A DNA stretch of 64,000 bases from an uncultured Collinsella sp. (GTDB lineage: Bacteria; Actinomycetota; Coriobacteriia; Coriobacteriales; Coriobacteriaceae). Below, piece after piece: positions 1 to 9,775 of this stretch. The translations under genes and the position numbers were made by a program. Where the stretch lies: contig CALEXE010000105.1 of assembly GCA_937925265.1 (NCBI GenBank), forward strand, positions 12,557-76,556. Reading direction: 5' to 3'. Below the pieces are notes generated by a model. That model saw only the letters and a list, made by a program, of their open reading frames with translations. It was not told the DNA's origin and did no database searches. Within the stretch, counting starts at the first letter, position 1. Each line of letters begins with the position of its first letter.

Positions 1-228
1 CACCTCTGCGACGAGGTTCTCGAGGTAGAGGACCTCCACGCCCTGGTCCCTCAGGATCTGGGCGAAGGTGTCGTGCTCCTGCTGTGCGACCTCCAGGAAC
101 GGGACGTCGTCGAACAGGAGTCGCTCGAGCTCGTCGGGCGGCAGGTTGAGGAGCTCGTCGCCGGGACGGTGCAGGCAGACCTTCCTGAGCTTGCCGATCT
201 CGGAAGGCACGTGCAGACCTTTCGTCAT
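1..228 (-). CDS. arcA: arginine deiminase, 5' part (runs off the window)
   Basis: Manual translation gives [70 protein letters not shown], a typical ADI N-terminus (SEIG.L..V.LHRPG, LFDD). AGGAGG RBS at 231-236. Confidence 0.93.
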   Translation of the reverse strand, partial: MTKGLHVPSEIGKLRKVCLHRPGDELLNLPPDELERLLFDDVPFLEVAQQEHDTFAQILRDQGVEVLYLENLVAEV

Positions 229-780
229 GGCCTCCTACCTTTCTTTCGGGCCTCTCGGCCGAATCTATCAGCGCCCTTCCGTAACGGGCGCTGCTTGCTG
301 ACAGCTCTAGTTATATCCAAAAATCACCCGCAATTCCACCTCGCCCCCGAACGGTCAACAAAGTGCGATGAACGGTATATCGCATGTGATTCCCCCATGA
401 TGTACTTCGGCGTTCTAAAGTAACTTTTCTAAGGTAGACGCTCTTTTTTCTCAAAAATCATTCGCAATTACAACTCCAATCTTTCGATTAGGAATTGCAT
501 ATCTAAAACGGTTTTATGTATATAAATGACGCTTGTTCGTGTTTCTGTCTGTATTCGATGATATTCAGCCACCTATCATTCTTATTCACACATACTCACC
601 AGTTGAGTGAGGATATAGACCGTTTTTTCACAACGTGACGGGCGTCAGCTCTATGGCTTGTCAGCGTAAGAAGTAGGTAAAGATACCGTTCACGCGATAC
701 GTCCGTGCCATAGGTCGACTAAATTGAGACAATAGTGAATAGTGTTAGGCAACCGTCCCCCACGGGGACTGAACGGACAG

Positions 781-3189
781 ATGCATATGCCGAGCAAAAT
801 CGAAAAAAAGCAAGCCGCTGCAAAGCTGCGTAAGCCGCCGCGCGACTTCTCGTACACGCAGAACCGAGAGCTCAGCTGGCTGCGCTTTGACAACCGTGTG
901 CTTGACGAAGCCTTCGACGAGACCGTTCCGCTGTTCGAGCGGCTAAAGTTCGTGTCGATTTTCGAGTCTAACCTCGATGAGTTTCTCATGGTGCGCGTGG
1001 GCGGCCTGTCCGATCTGGCAGAGCTCAAAAAACAGCCTGTCGACAACAAGAGCAATATGACCGCCTCCGAACAGGTCGATGCTGTCATGGCCGAACTGCC
1101 CGGGCTCCTTACCCGATGGGAGTCCATCTTTAAGAGCATCGAGGGCAAGCTCGACACCCTGGGCGTTCACCGCGCCCGCATCGATTCGCTTACGCCCGAG
1201 GAGCGCACCTTTGTAACCCGTTACTTCCAGGCCTACGTGTCGCCGGTCATCTCACCGCTGGTGATTGACCCGCGCCACCCCTTCCCCAACCTGCGCAACG
1301 GCGCACTCTACCTGGCCTGCGGCCTGGACGGCGTCACCGACGAGGAGAGTCTGCTGGGCCTTATCGAGATTCCCACCTCGATGAACCGCGTGGTCGAGAT
1401 CCCCTCGCCCACCGGCACCTACTCCTACATCTTGCTCGAGGACGTCATCCTCGCCTGCCTGGACAGCTGCTTTGGCTCCTATAAGCCGCTCGACCGCGCG
1501 CTCATCCGCGTCACCCGCAACGCCGACATCGATCCGGACGGCGAGGGCGTCGAGGAGGAAGAGGACTACCGCCAGCACATGAAGCGCATCCTCAAGAAGC
1601 GCCTGCGTCTGCAGCCGGTAGTGCTCGCGGTCTCGGGGTCGCTCGAGAAGGCGACGCTCAAGACCATCCGCAAGGCTCTCGAGCTTTCTCGCCGCTCGGT
1701 CTTTACCTGCGATATCCCGCTCGACCTGGGCTACGTCTTCGGCATTGAGGGCAAGATTCCCGAGCATCTACGCAACGAGCTGCTCTTTACGCCGTTTAAG
1801 CCGCAGCCCAACCCCACCATCGACATGTCCCGTTCCATCCGCGAGCAGGTGCTGCAACACGACAAGCTGCTCTTTTACCCTTACGAGGCCATGAATCCGT
1901 TCTTGGACCTGGTGCACGAAGCAGCCTACGACCCCGAGTGCATCTCGCTGCGCATCACGCTCTACCGCGTGGCCAAGCAGAGCCGCCTGTGCGAGTCGCT
2001 GATCGATGCCGCCGAGAACGGCAAAGAGGTCACGGTGCTCATGGAGCTCCGCGCGCGCTTTGACGAGCAGAACAACATCGAGTGGGCCGAGCGCCTGGAA
2101 GAGGCCGGCTGCACCGTCATCTACGGCTCCGAGGGCTTTAAGTGCCACTCCAAGATCTGCCAGCTCACCTATCGCGAGGGCATGGCGCTAACGCGCCTGA
2201 CGCTGCTGGGCACCGGCAACTTTAACGAGAAGACGGCCAAACTCTACAGCGACTTTATGCTCATGACCGCTCACCCCGGCATCGGCGAGGACGCCAACCT
2301 GTTCTTCCGCAACCTGTCGCTGGGCAACCTGCGCGGCGATTACCGCTTCCTGGGTGTGGCGCCCGTCGGACTGAAACCGCTCATCATGCGCGGGCTTGAC
2401 CGCGAGATCCAGCGCGCCCTCGCCGGCGAGCCCGCCCGCGTGTTCTTTAAACTCAACTCGCTCACCGACCGCGAGGTCATCGACAAGATCGCCGAGGCAT
2501 CGTGCGCAGGAGTCCGCGTGGACATGATCATCCGCGGCATCTCGTGCCTCAAGCCGGGCGTTCCTGGCAAGACCGAGAACGTGCATGTCCGTTCTATCGT
2601 CGGACGCTTTTTGGAGCATGCGCGCGTTTACGCCTTTGGCGTGGACTCGGACATGATCTATCTGAGCTCGGCCGACATGATGACACGCAACACCGAGCAC
2701 CGCGTGGAGATCGCCTTCCCCGTGCTCGACCCCACCTGCCGCGCCCTGGTGCACGAGTACATGAGCATGCAGCTGCGCGACAACGTGAAGGCCCGCAGCC
2801 TCACGAGCGACGGCACCTGGGTCCCCGTGGAGCGCGCAGAGGGTGAGAAACCCTTCAACTCGCAGGAAGCCCTGCTGGAGCGTGCCTACCGCAACGCCGA
2901 GGCCGCGCCCGAGCCCGTCATTGAGGCAAAGCCCGCACCTGCTCCTAAGCCGCAGCCGGCCACACCCGAGGTTCAGAAGGTCCAGGCGACCGTCATTGAG
3001 CCCGAGCCCGCACCTGCACCTCAGCCCGAGCCGCAGGCAGCTAAGCCCGCACCCGAGACGAGCGCCCGTCGCGATAAGCCCGCCGGCAAGACCAAGGCCA
3101 TCGAGCGCCATCGCCCCGGTCGTGTGCGCATGGGCCTGGGCCTGATCGGCCTGGGTCTTAAGACGCTCATTACCGGCAAGACGAAATAG
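781..3189 (+). CDS. ppk1: polyphosphate kinase 1 with Pro/Ala/Glu-rich C-terminal extension
   Basis: Motifs NRELSWLRFDNRVL, ELRARFDEQNNI, HSKI, GTGNFNEKTA and GRFLEHAR. Start is 781 or 787. Confidence 0.95.
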   Translation: MHMPSKIEKKQAAAKLRKPPRDFSYTQNRELSWLRFDNRVLDEAFDETVPLFERLKFVSIFESNLDEFLMVRVGGLSDLAELKKQPVDNKSNMTASEQVDAVMAELPGLLTRWESIFKSIEGKLDTLGVHRARIDSLTPEERTFVTRYFQAYVSPVISPLVIDPRHPFPNLRNGALYLACGLDGVTDEESLLGLIEIPTSMNRVVEIPSPTGTYSYILLEDVILACLDSCFGSYKPLDRALIRVTRNADIDPDGEGVEEEEDYRQHMKRILKKRLRLQPVVLAVSGSLEKATLKTIRKALELSRRSVFTCDIPLDLGYVFGIEGKIPEHLRNELLFTPFKPQPNPTIDMSRSIREQVLQHDKLLFYPYEAMNPFLDLVHEAAYDPECISLRITLYRVAKQSRLCESLIDAAENGKEVTVLMELRARFDEQNNIEWAERLEEAGCTVIYGSEGFKCHSKICQLTYREGMALTRLTLLGTGNFNEKTAKLYSDFMLMTAHPGIGEDANLFFRNLSLGNLRGDYRFLGVAPVGLKPLIMRGLDREIQRALAGEPARVFFKLNSLTDREVIDKIAEASCAGVRVDMIIRGISCLKPGVPGKTENVHVRSIVGRFLEHARVYAFGVDSDMIYLSSADMMTRNTEHRVEIAFPVLDPTCRALVHEYMSMQLRDNVKARSLTSDGTWVPVERAEGEKPFNSQEALLERAYRNAEAAPEPVIEAKPAPAPKPQPATPEVQKVQATVIEPEPAPAPQPEPQAAKPAPETSARRDKPAGKTKAIERHRPGRVRMGLGLIGLGLKTLITGKTK

Positions 3190-3302
3190 TCGTTTGTAGA
3201 AGCAGTTTGTAGAAGCGCCCCGCATTTGAGGAAAGCCTCGGATGCGGGGCGCTTTTCCCTGCTACCATGGTGCGAGCAACAACACGAATGACAGGCAGGG
3301 AT

Positions 3303-4616
3303 ATGAAGCTCACTATAGAATCGATGACCTACGGCGCCGACGGGCTGGCGCACGCCGACAACGGCAAGGCCGTCTTTGTGCAGGGCGCCGTGGCAGGCGA
3401 CACCGTCGAGGCCGAGGTCGTACAGGACGGCAAGTCGTTCATGCGCGCCCGCACGACCGAGATTCTGGAGCCAAGCCCCGATCGCATTCAGCCCCCCTGC
3501 CCCTTCGTTGGCATCTGCGGCGGTTGTTCGTGGGGCAATCTCTCACGCACGGCACAGCTCGCCGCCAAGGAGCAAAACCTGCGCTCCACGCTCGAGCGCA
3601 TCGGCAAGTTCGCTCCTGAGCAAGTCGATGAGTTGGTACAGCCCATCTGCCACACCAAGGACGACTGGGGCTACCGCAATAAAATCGAGCTCGAACCGAC
3701 CGTCGTCAACGGTCGCGTGCGCCTTGGCATGCACGGTGTCGACCCCAGCAAAATCGTGACCGTCGATTCGTGCCCGCTGTTCGATAAGCGTTTTCCCAAG
3801 GCGCTCAAATCGGTCGTCGGCGCACTCAACTATCTAAGCGGCAGCCATGACTTGGGACTCGAACGCGTGGGCATTCGTGCATCGCGCCGTACCAAGGCAC
3901 TCGAGGTCGCACTCTGGACGCCTACAGGCTCTTTTCCGCGCTCGCAGGTCTCCCGCGTGCTGGCGGACGCCGCTCATCCCACGAGCATCGTGCGTGTGAT
4001 GAGCAAGGGCGAAAAGAAGGCCCGCCGTGTCTCCAAGGTCGAAATGCTCGCCGGAGAGGGCTCATGGACCGAGAATATCGCCGAGGGTCAGATGCGCTTG
4101 TCTGCCCCGTCTTTTTTCCAGGTCAACACCAAGGGTGCCGAGATTTTGATCGAGCTTGTCATGGAAGCGCTCGACCCGCAAGAAGACGAGCTTGCCGTGG
4201 ACCTGTACTGCGGCGCCGGAACCTTTACCCTGCCGCTCGCCCGCCGCTGCGACTTCGTCGCCGCCGTCGAGGCCTACGGCCCGGCCGTGCGCGACCTGCG
4301 CCGTAACCTGGAGATCAACAAGCTTGATAACGTCGACGTCATTGGCGGAGACGCGGTGCGCGAGTTCCCCGACCAGGATGCCGACGTCTTGGTGGTCGAC
4401 CCGCCGCGCGCAGGCCTCGCCCCCGAGGCGATCGACCTTATCGCCAGCACGAGTGCTCGCGATGTCGCCTACGTGAGCTGCGACCCGGCCACCCTGGCGC
4501 GCGATCTCAAACGCTTTGTCGAAGAAGGCACCTTCTCCCCCGTAAAGATCACGCCAGTCGACCTGTTCCCACAAACCTTCCACTGCGAGACCGTCGTCCA
4601 CCTTAGGCGCAACTAG
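3303..4616 (+). CDS. rlmD: 23S rRNA (uracil-5)-methyltransferase RlmD/TrmA family
   Basis: TRAM N-terminus, CPFVGICGGC Fe-S motif, SFFQVN, DLYCGAG, DPPRAG, YVSCDPATLARD and DLFPQTFHCE. Confidence 0.9.
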   Translation: MKLTIESMTYGADGLAHADNGKAVFVQGAVAGDTVEAEVVQDGKSFMRARTTEILEPSPDRIQPPCPFVGICGGCSWGNLSRTAQLAAKEQNLRSTLERIGKFAPEQVDELVQPICHTKDDWGYRNKIELEPTVVNGRVRLGMHGVDPSKIVTVDSCPLFDKRFPKALKSVVGALNYLSGSHDLGLERVGIRASRRTKALEVALWTPTGSFPRSQVSRVLADAAHPTSIVRVMSKGEKKARRVSKVEMLAGEGSWTENIAEGQMRLSAPSFFQVNTKGAEILIELVMEALDPQEDELAVDLYCGAGTFTLPLARRCDFVAAVEAYGPAVRDLRRNLEINKLDNVDVIGGDAVREFPDQDADVLVVDPPRAGLAPEAIDLIASTSARDVAYVSCDPATLARDLKRFVEEGTFSPVKITPVDLFPQTFHCETVVHLRRN

Positions 4617-4722
4617 CCACTTAATCATTGCTCAGAAAAATCATTGGGAAATCGAGCGTGGCAAGCGGAGGTCTTCGGGGTATAAGACGGCTAATTGTAT
4701 GCCGCCTATGAAAGGAACCCTC

Positions 4723-5265
4723 ATGCCCAGCGTTGCCGTTCTCGCCGCCGATGGCTTTGAAACTATTGAATGCCTGACCATGGTCGATGTCATGCGTCGC
4801 GGCGGCGTGCGTGCCACGCTCGTCTCGATCATGCCCACGCGTGAGGTCGTAAGCTCGCTGCAGATCCCCGTGACCTGCGATGCGCTCTTTGATGAGATCA
4901 ACTTTGACGAGTACGACTGCGTCGTGCTGCCCGGCGGCCTGCCCGGTGCCACCAACCTGCGCGCCGATCAGCGCGTCTGCGACGTGGTCTGCGAGTTCGC
5001 CGCGACCAAGCACGTTGCCGCCATCTGCGCCGCCCCGTTTATCCTGGGCGAGCTCGACCTACTCAAGGGGCGCCAGGCCACGTGCTTCCCTGGCTTTGAG
5101 AAAAGCTTCCCCGAAGGCGCCTATACCGGCGAGAAGGTTACGCAAGACGGCAACATCATCACCGCCAGCGGCATGGCCCAGTCGCTCCCCTTTGCGCTTG
5201 AGCTGCTGCGCACACTCGCCGGCGACAAGGCCGTCGAGAAGGTCGCCGAGGGCATTCAACTATGA
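4723..5265 (+). CDS. DJ-1/PfpI (ThiJ/YajL) family protein
   Basis: LADGFE, LPGGLPGA and AAICAAP motifs. AAAGGA RBS. Confidence 0.9.
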   Translation: MPSVAVLAADGFETIECLTMVDVMRRGGVRATLVSIMPTREVVSSLQIPVTCDALFDEINFDEYDCVVLPGGLPGATNLRADQRVCDVVCEFAATKHVAAICAAPFILGELDLLKGRQATCFPGFEKSFPEGAYTGEKVTQDGNIITASGMAQSLPFALELLRTLAGDKAVEKVAEGIQL

Positions 5266-5843
5266 TTTTGGCTTCGCAATCACCGCGCCGCATCGAGTTG
5301 ATGCGCGAGGCAGGCTATGACATTCGCGTGATTCCCGCAGATATCGACGAAACGCCTTTTGATGGCGAGGCCCCGCTTACGCTCGTTGAACGCTTAGCAC
5401 GCGCCAAAGCCGCCGCCGTTGCCACCGAGCATGCCGAGCCCAACGAACTGACCGTCGCGGCCGATACTATTGTCACCTTCGATGGCAAGATTCTGGGCAA
5501 GCCGGCAACCGAGGACGAGGCGCGCACCATGCTCCGCGAGCTTTCGGGCCGCACGCACCAGGTCGCAACCGGCGTCTGCATCGTTAAGGCAGGCGACACG
5601 GCCGCTCCGCATGCCGCCGAGAGCCTGTCGTTTGTCGATGTGACCGATGTGACGTTCTATGAGCTCACCGACGAGCAGATTGAGCGCTACGTCGCCTCAG
5701 GCGAGCCCATGGACAAAGCCGGCGCCTACGGCATCCAGGGCGTCGGCGGGCGCATGCTCGTGCATGATATTTCGGGTGACTTCTACAACGTGGTGGGCCT
5801 GCCCATCGCTCGCGTCGCACGCGCGATTCAAAAACTCTCGTAA
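5262..5843 (+). CDS. maf: Maf family nucleotide pyrophosphatase
   Basis: ILASQSPRR, AADTIV, GKP, DKAGAYGIQG and NVVGLP. ATGA overlap with the upstream gene. Confidence 0.95.
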   Translation: MILASQSPRRIELMREAGYDIRVIPADIDETPFDGEAPLTLVERLARAKAAAVATEHAEPNELTVAADTIVTFDGKILGKPATEDEARTMLRELSGRTHQVATGVCIVKAGDTAAPHAAESLSFVDVTDVTFYELTDEQIERYVASGEPMDKAGAYGIQGVGGRMLVHDISGDFYNVVGLPIARVARAIQKLS

Positions 5844-5943
5844 TTGCATCTGGCGCTGGTTATCCCCCAGCGCCTACAATTTTGCCGTACCGTACGGATC
5901 CCGACCGGGCATAAGGCCCGGCGGAAAACCGATAGGAGAAAAC

Positions 5944-6945
5944 ATGGACACACTGCTCGAAGCCATCGATGTTTGCAATGTCGATGGCTTTTGCTTTGGC
6001 AACTATACGGACAAGGAGGCTGGCACCGGCTGCACCGTAATCGTGGCGCCCGAGGGCGCCACCGGCGGCGTTGACGTTCGCGGCGGTGCTCCAGCATCGC
6101 GCGAAACCGACCTGCTGCGACCCGAGAACACCGTCGACAAGGTTCACGCCGTCTGCCTTTCGGGCGGATCGGCCTTTGGCCTCGAGGCTGCAAGCGGCGT
6201 CGCTCGCGAACTCGAGAGCCGCGGCATTGGTCTGTCCGTCGGCCCCACGCAGGTGCCCATCGTGTGCTCCAGCTGTATCTTCGACCTTGCCTTTGGCGAC
6301 CCCACCGTACGCCCCGACATAGAGGCCGGCATCGCCGCCGTGCGCGAGGCACTCGACAACACCCCCACCACGCTCGAGCAAGGCAATGTGGGCGCCGGCA
6401 CCGGTGCCACCGTAGGTAAGCTCATGGGCCCTGCCACCTGCATGAAGGCCGGCCTTGGCACTGCCGCCGTGGCGCTCGGTCCCGTTAAGGTAGGCGCCGT
6501 GGTTTCGGTCAACGCCTGCGGCAACGTTGTCGACCCCCTCACCGGCGAGTGGGTCGCCGGCATGCGCGCCTCAGCCGATAGCGACCAAATCGTCGATATG
6601 GAACTCGCAGCCTTTGCCGCCGCCGGATCCATGCAGATGCCGCTCGACCGCACCAACACCACCATCAGCTGCATCGTCACCAACATGGAGCTCACTAAGG
6701 CCCAGGCCACCAAGGTCTCCCAAATGGCCGCAGACGCCTACGCACGCGCCATCCGTCCCACGCACACCACCAACGACGGCGACACCATCTACACCCTCGC
6801 CAGCGGCAAACTGGGCGCCCAGGCAAGCGCCGCCGTTCCCCTAGACCTGCTGGGCATGCTCGCCGTAAGGGCTTTGCAAACCGCCATCGTAAACGGAGCC
6901 AAAACCGCCAAAACCTCCCACGGCATCCCCGGCGCCGCGAAGTAG
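5944..6945 (+). CDS. P1/S58 (DmpA-like) peptidase
   Basis: TGCTVI, VDVRGGAPASRETDLL, GGSAFGL, GNVGAGTGAT, NTTI and DGDT. AGGAG RBS. Confidence 0.9.
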   Translation: MDTLLEAIDVCNVDGFCFGNYTDKEAGTGCTVIVAPEGATGGVDVRGGAPASRETDLLRPENTVDKVHAVCLSGGSAFGLEAASGVARELESRGIGLSVGPTQVPIVCSSCIFDLAFGDPTVRPDIEAGIAAVREALDNTPTTLEQGNVGAGTGATVGKLMGPATCMKAGLGTAAVALGPVKVGAVVSVNACGNVVDPLTGEWVAGMRASADSDQIVDMELAAFAAAGSMQMPLDRTNTTISCIVTNMELTKAQATKVSQMAADAYARAIRPTHTTNDGDTIYTLASGKLGAQASAAVPLDLLGMLAVRALQTAIVNGAKTAKTSHGIPGAAK

Positions 6946-6958
6946 CCTAACTTGACCA

Positions 6959-7081
6959 GTTGCCCGGTGGGGCTTGGTTATGTTTGCTGCTCTACAGTCC
7001 TGGCTCGCACGAAGAGCACATTAAGTGCTCTTCGGCTCGTGCGGAACTCGCGACAAACATAACCAAGCCCCACCGGGCAAC
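6959..7081. repeat. structured palindromic element family A, copy 1
   Basis: Outer inverted repeat GTTGCCCGGTGGGGCTTGGTTATGTTTG / CAAACATAACCAAGCCCCACCGGGCAAC with inner hairpin GAAGAGCAC-ATTAA-GTGCTCTTC. Confidence 0.85.
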
Positions 7082-7175
7082 CTACCAACCAAAATCTTTT
7101 CAGCCCAGGCCCCTGTGTACCGCGCGTCTAAGATTTTCAAATTCAAATAACCTGACAATCGATTCTTATAGCAGA

Positions 7176-7285
7176 GGCCCCTTGGCCTTTAGTTTGATAC
7201 AAGTTCCGCACGAGCCGGAAAGCACTTAATGTGCTTTCCGTGCGAGCAGGACTGTTCGCAGTAGCAAACTAAAGGCCAAGGGGCC
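7176..7285. repeat. structured palindromic element family A, copy 2 (inverted)
   Basis: Outer IR GGCCCCTTGGCCTTTAGTTTG / CAAACTAAAGGCCAAGGGGCC. The core is the reverse complement of the copy 1 core. Confidence 0.85.
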
Positions 7286-7317
7286 CAGTCAACCTATCAG
7301 CAGCGATTACTCAGCAG

Positions 7318-8349
7318 CTAGTTGAATTTGAAGATCTTTGAGGCAAGACGGTATAGGCCGAGTGTGGTTTTGTCTCCGGCACGACCGCGGAGGTTAGTGA
7401 AGAAGCCGACCACACCGTAACGCGCACGACGATACATACGCTCGTCATAGGCCTTCAAATCATTCCACAGCGTCTTTAGGCGCTCGTCGGCGCAATCTTC
7501 CTCGGAAAGCTTGGTCAGCACCGAGCAGATCGCCATCATCATGGTGAAGTAGCCCATCATGTACGAACGCAGGCGCGACGACCCAACGTCCTGGTACAGG
7601 TGGAACGATTCCATCATGATGCGCGTAACACGGAACTGCTGGTCCAGACGCTTGACCATCGTGGCCTCGTTGACACTCTGGCCCTCACGACCGATAAAGT
7701 AGCGATAGAGGTCGATGTCGGCGTAGTACATGGTCTTGCAACGCGGCAGCGGCACGTAGGCGTAGATGTTGTCCACATAGAACGTGTGCGGCGGCATGGG
7801 CAGGTTGGACTCGCGCAGCACATCCGTGCGATAGCACAGGCTGTGCATGAGCAGATTCTGGTCCAAACGGAAATGGCCGATCTGGTCCCAGGTAAAGATC
7901 TTTTTTCGAGGCAGGGCAAACTTGTAACCAATGGCCGTATGCGTACCCTCGTAAACCTTCTCGTACACGTAGTTCGAGATAAACAGGTCAACGCGCTGGT
8001 CGCGCTCTTCAAAGCCGCGCAGAATCGACAGCATGGTCGAAAGGGCAGCGCCGTCAAGCCAGTCGTCCGAGTCGACAACCTTGTAGTAGGTGCCCTGCGC
8101 CTCGCGCAGACCCGAAAGGACGGCAATACCGTGGCCGCCATTCTCCTGGTGCACCGCGCGGATGATTCCAGGATAACGGGCCTCCCACTCGTCGGCCTTG
8201 GCGGCCGTCTCATCCTTGGAGCCGTCGTCCACCACGATAATCTCGATATCGGTGGCATAATTGCTCCCCTCCAAGATGGAGGTGATGCAATGGTCCATGT
8301 CCTTAGCGGCGTTATACGAGGGAATACCGAATGTTATGACTTTATGCAT
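7318..8349 (-). CDS. glycosyltransferase family 2
   Basis: IPSYN, VVDDGSKD, ENGGHG and VDSDD motifs. Overlaps the glf stop codon. Confidence 0.92.
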   Translation of the reverse strand: MHKVITFGIPSYNAAKDMDHCITSILEGSNYATDIEIIVVDDGSKDETAAKADEWEARYPGIIRAVHQENGGHGIAVLSGLREAQGTYYKVVDSDDWLDGAALSTMLSILRGFEERDQRVDLFISNYVYEKVYEGTHTAIGYKFALPRKKIFTWDQIGHFRLDQNLLMHSLCYRTDVLRESNLPMPPHTFYVDNIYAYVPLPRCKTMYYADIDLYRYFIGREGQSVNEATMVKRLDQQFRVTRIMMESFHLYQDVGSSRLRSYMMGYFTMMMAICSVLTKLSEEDCADERLKTLWNDLKAYDERMYRRARYGVVGFFTNLRGRAGDKTTLGLYRLASKIFKFN

Positions 8350-9544
8350 GGCAGGCGATAATCTCATCCGAAAGATCGAGGGCGGAATTGGTCACGGCAT
8401 CCATATCGTAGTAACGATACTCGGCCAGACGACCCACCGGGTGGAAGTTTGTCAGGTTCTGGACGCGCTCAAGATAGCGCTCATAGAGCTCACGGTTCTC
8501 GGGCTCAAGAATGGCGTAATACGGCGTCTCGCCCGAGCCGGGCGTATAGGCCTTGGAGTACTCCTTCATGATGGCGGTCTTGCCGGGCAGGACCTGACCA
8601 GTCATGTTCTTGAACTCGGTAATGCGCGTGTAGTCCTCGCTCGTGGTGTAGTTGACGGTGCCCACGGGCTGGAACTGATCCATATCGAGCGTCTCGAACT
8701 TCATGTCGAGCGTACGGTACGGAAGAGCGCCCAGGTCGAGGTTGAACAGCTCATCGAGCGGACCGGTATAAACGATCTCGCCGCCGTAGGCCTTGCCACC
8801 GATCTTGACGGTGGTCTCGTCGATCTCAAAGAGATCGCGGGCGTCCACGTCGCAGAACACGTCGATCAGGTCGTGGTCGAGCATATGCTCGAACAACGCC
8901 GTGTAGCCGTCCTGCGGCATACCCTGGAAGGGAGCCTGCGGGAAGTAGCGGTCATCATCGCCCACAAAGATGGGAACGCGGCCGGTGATCGAGGGGTCGA
9001 TCTGATCGGGCGTCTGGCCCCACTGCTTCATGGTGTAATGCAAAAAGACGTTCTCGTAGACGTAATCGGCGACCTCGGCAAGATCCGGGTCGTTCTTCTT
9101 ACGCAGCTCCATGATGGGCACCTTGACATCCTTGCCAAAGGTCTCCACGAGCTTCTGATACAGCTCCTCGCCGCGCTCGTCACCAAAGGCGAGCTTGAGA
9201 CTCGCATGGTTGAAAGGCACGGGCATAAGGGTACCGTTGATGTTGGCGAGCACCTTGTGCTGATAATCCGTCCACTTGGTAAAGCGCGACAGGAAATTAT
9301 GCACACGCTCGTTAAAGGTGTGATAGATATGCGGACCGTACTCGTGGATCAGGATTCCGGCCTCGTCAGTGCAGTCATAGGCATTGCCCGCAATGTGGCT
9401 ACGGCGCTCCAAAACGGCAACACGATAGCCGATAGTCTCGGCAAGACGGCGGGCGCAAACGGCACCGGCATATCCAGCACCGACGACAATCATGTCGTAC
9501 GCGCCGGCGTTAAAGCCTTCAGGCAGGCCTGAGGTAATCTGCAT
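8342..9544 (-). CDS. glf: UDP-galactopyranose mutase
   Basis: GAGYAG FAD motif, HIAGNAYD, HEYGPHIYHT and GRLAEYRYYDMD. Confidence 0.96.
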   Translation of the reverse strand: MQITSGLPEGFNAGAYDMIVVGAGYAGAVCARRLAETIGYRVAVLERRSHIAGNAYDCTDEAGILIHEYGPHIYHTFNERVHNFLSRFTKWTDYQHKVLANINGTLMPVPFNHASLKLAFGDERGEELYQKLVETFGKDVKVPIMELRKKNDPDLAEVADYVYENVFLHYTMKQWGQTPDQIDPSITGRVPIFVGDDDRYFPQAPFQGMPQDGYTALFEHMLDHDLIDVFCDVDARDLFEIDETTVKIGGKAYGGEIVYTGPLDELFNLDLGALPYRTLDMKFETLDMDQFQPVGTVNYTTSEDYTRITEFKNMTGQVLPGKTAIMKEYSKAYTPGSGETPYYAILEPENRELYERYLERVQNLTNFHPVGRLAEYRYYDMDAVTNSALDLSDEIIACHA

Positions 9545-9775
9545 CGATACTCCTTGTCAAAAGCCACGGGCTCGTTAGCTGGGCTTTTCTCGAACATTCT
9601 TCGAGACATATTTATCAGAGCGATTATAGCGCTAATGCGTCCTATAATGAGCTTGCCACACAAGGAAAGCTCAAGCACAGCGGCGAACATAATTGAAAGG
9701 TAGACCCGCTAGCAGCGGGTTTATTCGTGAACAGCCGGGCGCCTGGAGCTTAGCGAAACGCTTGTAAGGAGTAAC

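Noticed and set aside
73..423. Plus-strand ORFs 68-301 and 73-423
   Set aside because: They are antisense to the clear arcA 5' end on the minus strand.
229..780. ArgR boxes or an sRNA in the AT-rich arcA-ppk1 intergenic region
   Set aside because: Only weak partial matches (e.g. TGTATATAAATGAC); a site cannot be placed with confidence by eye.
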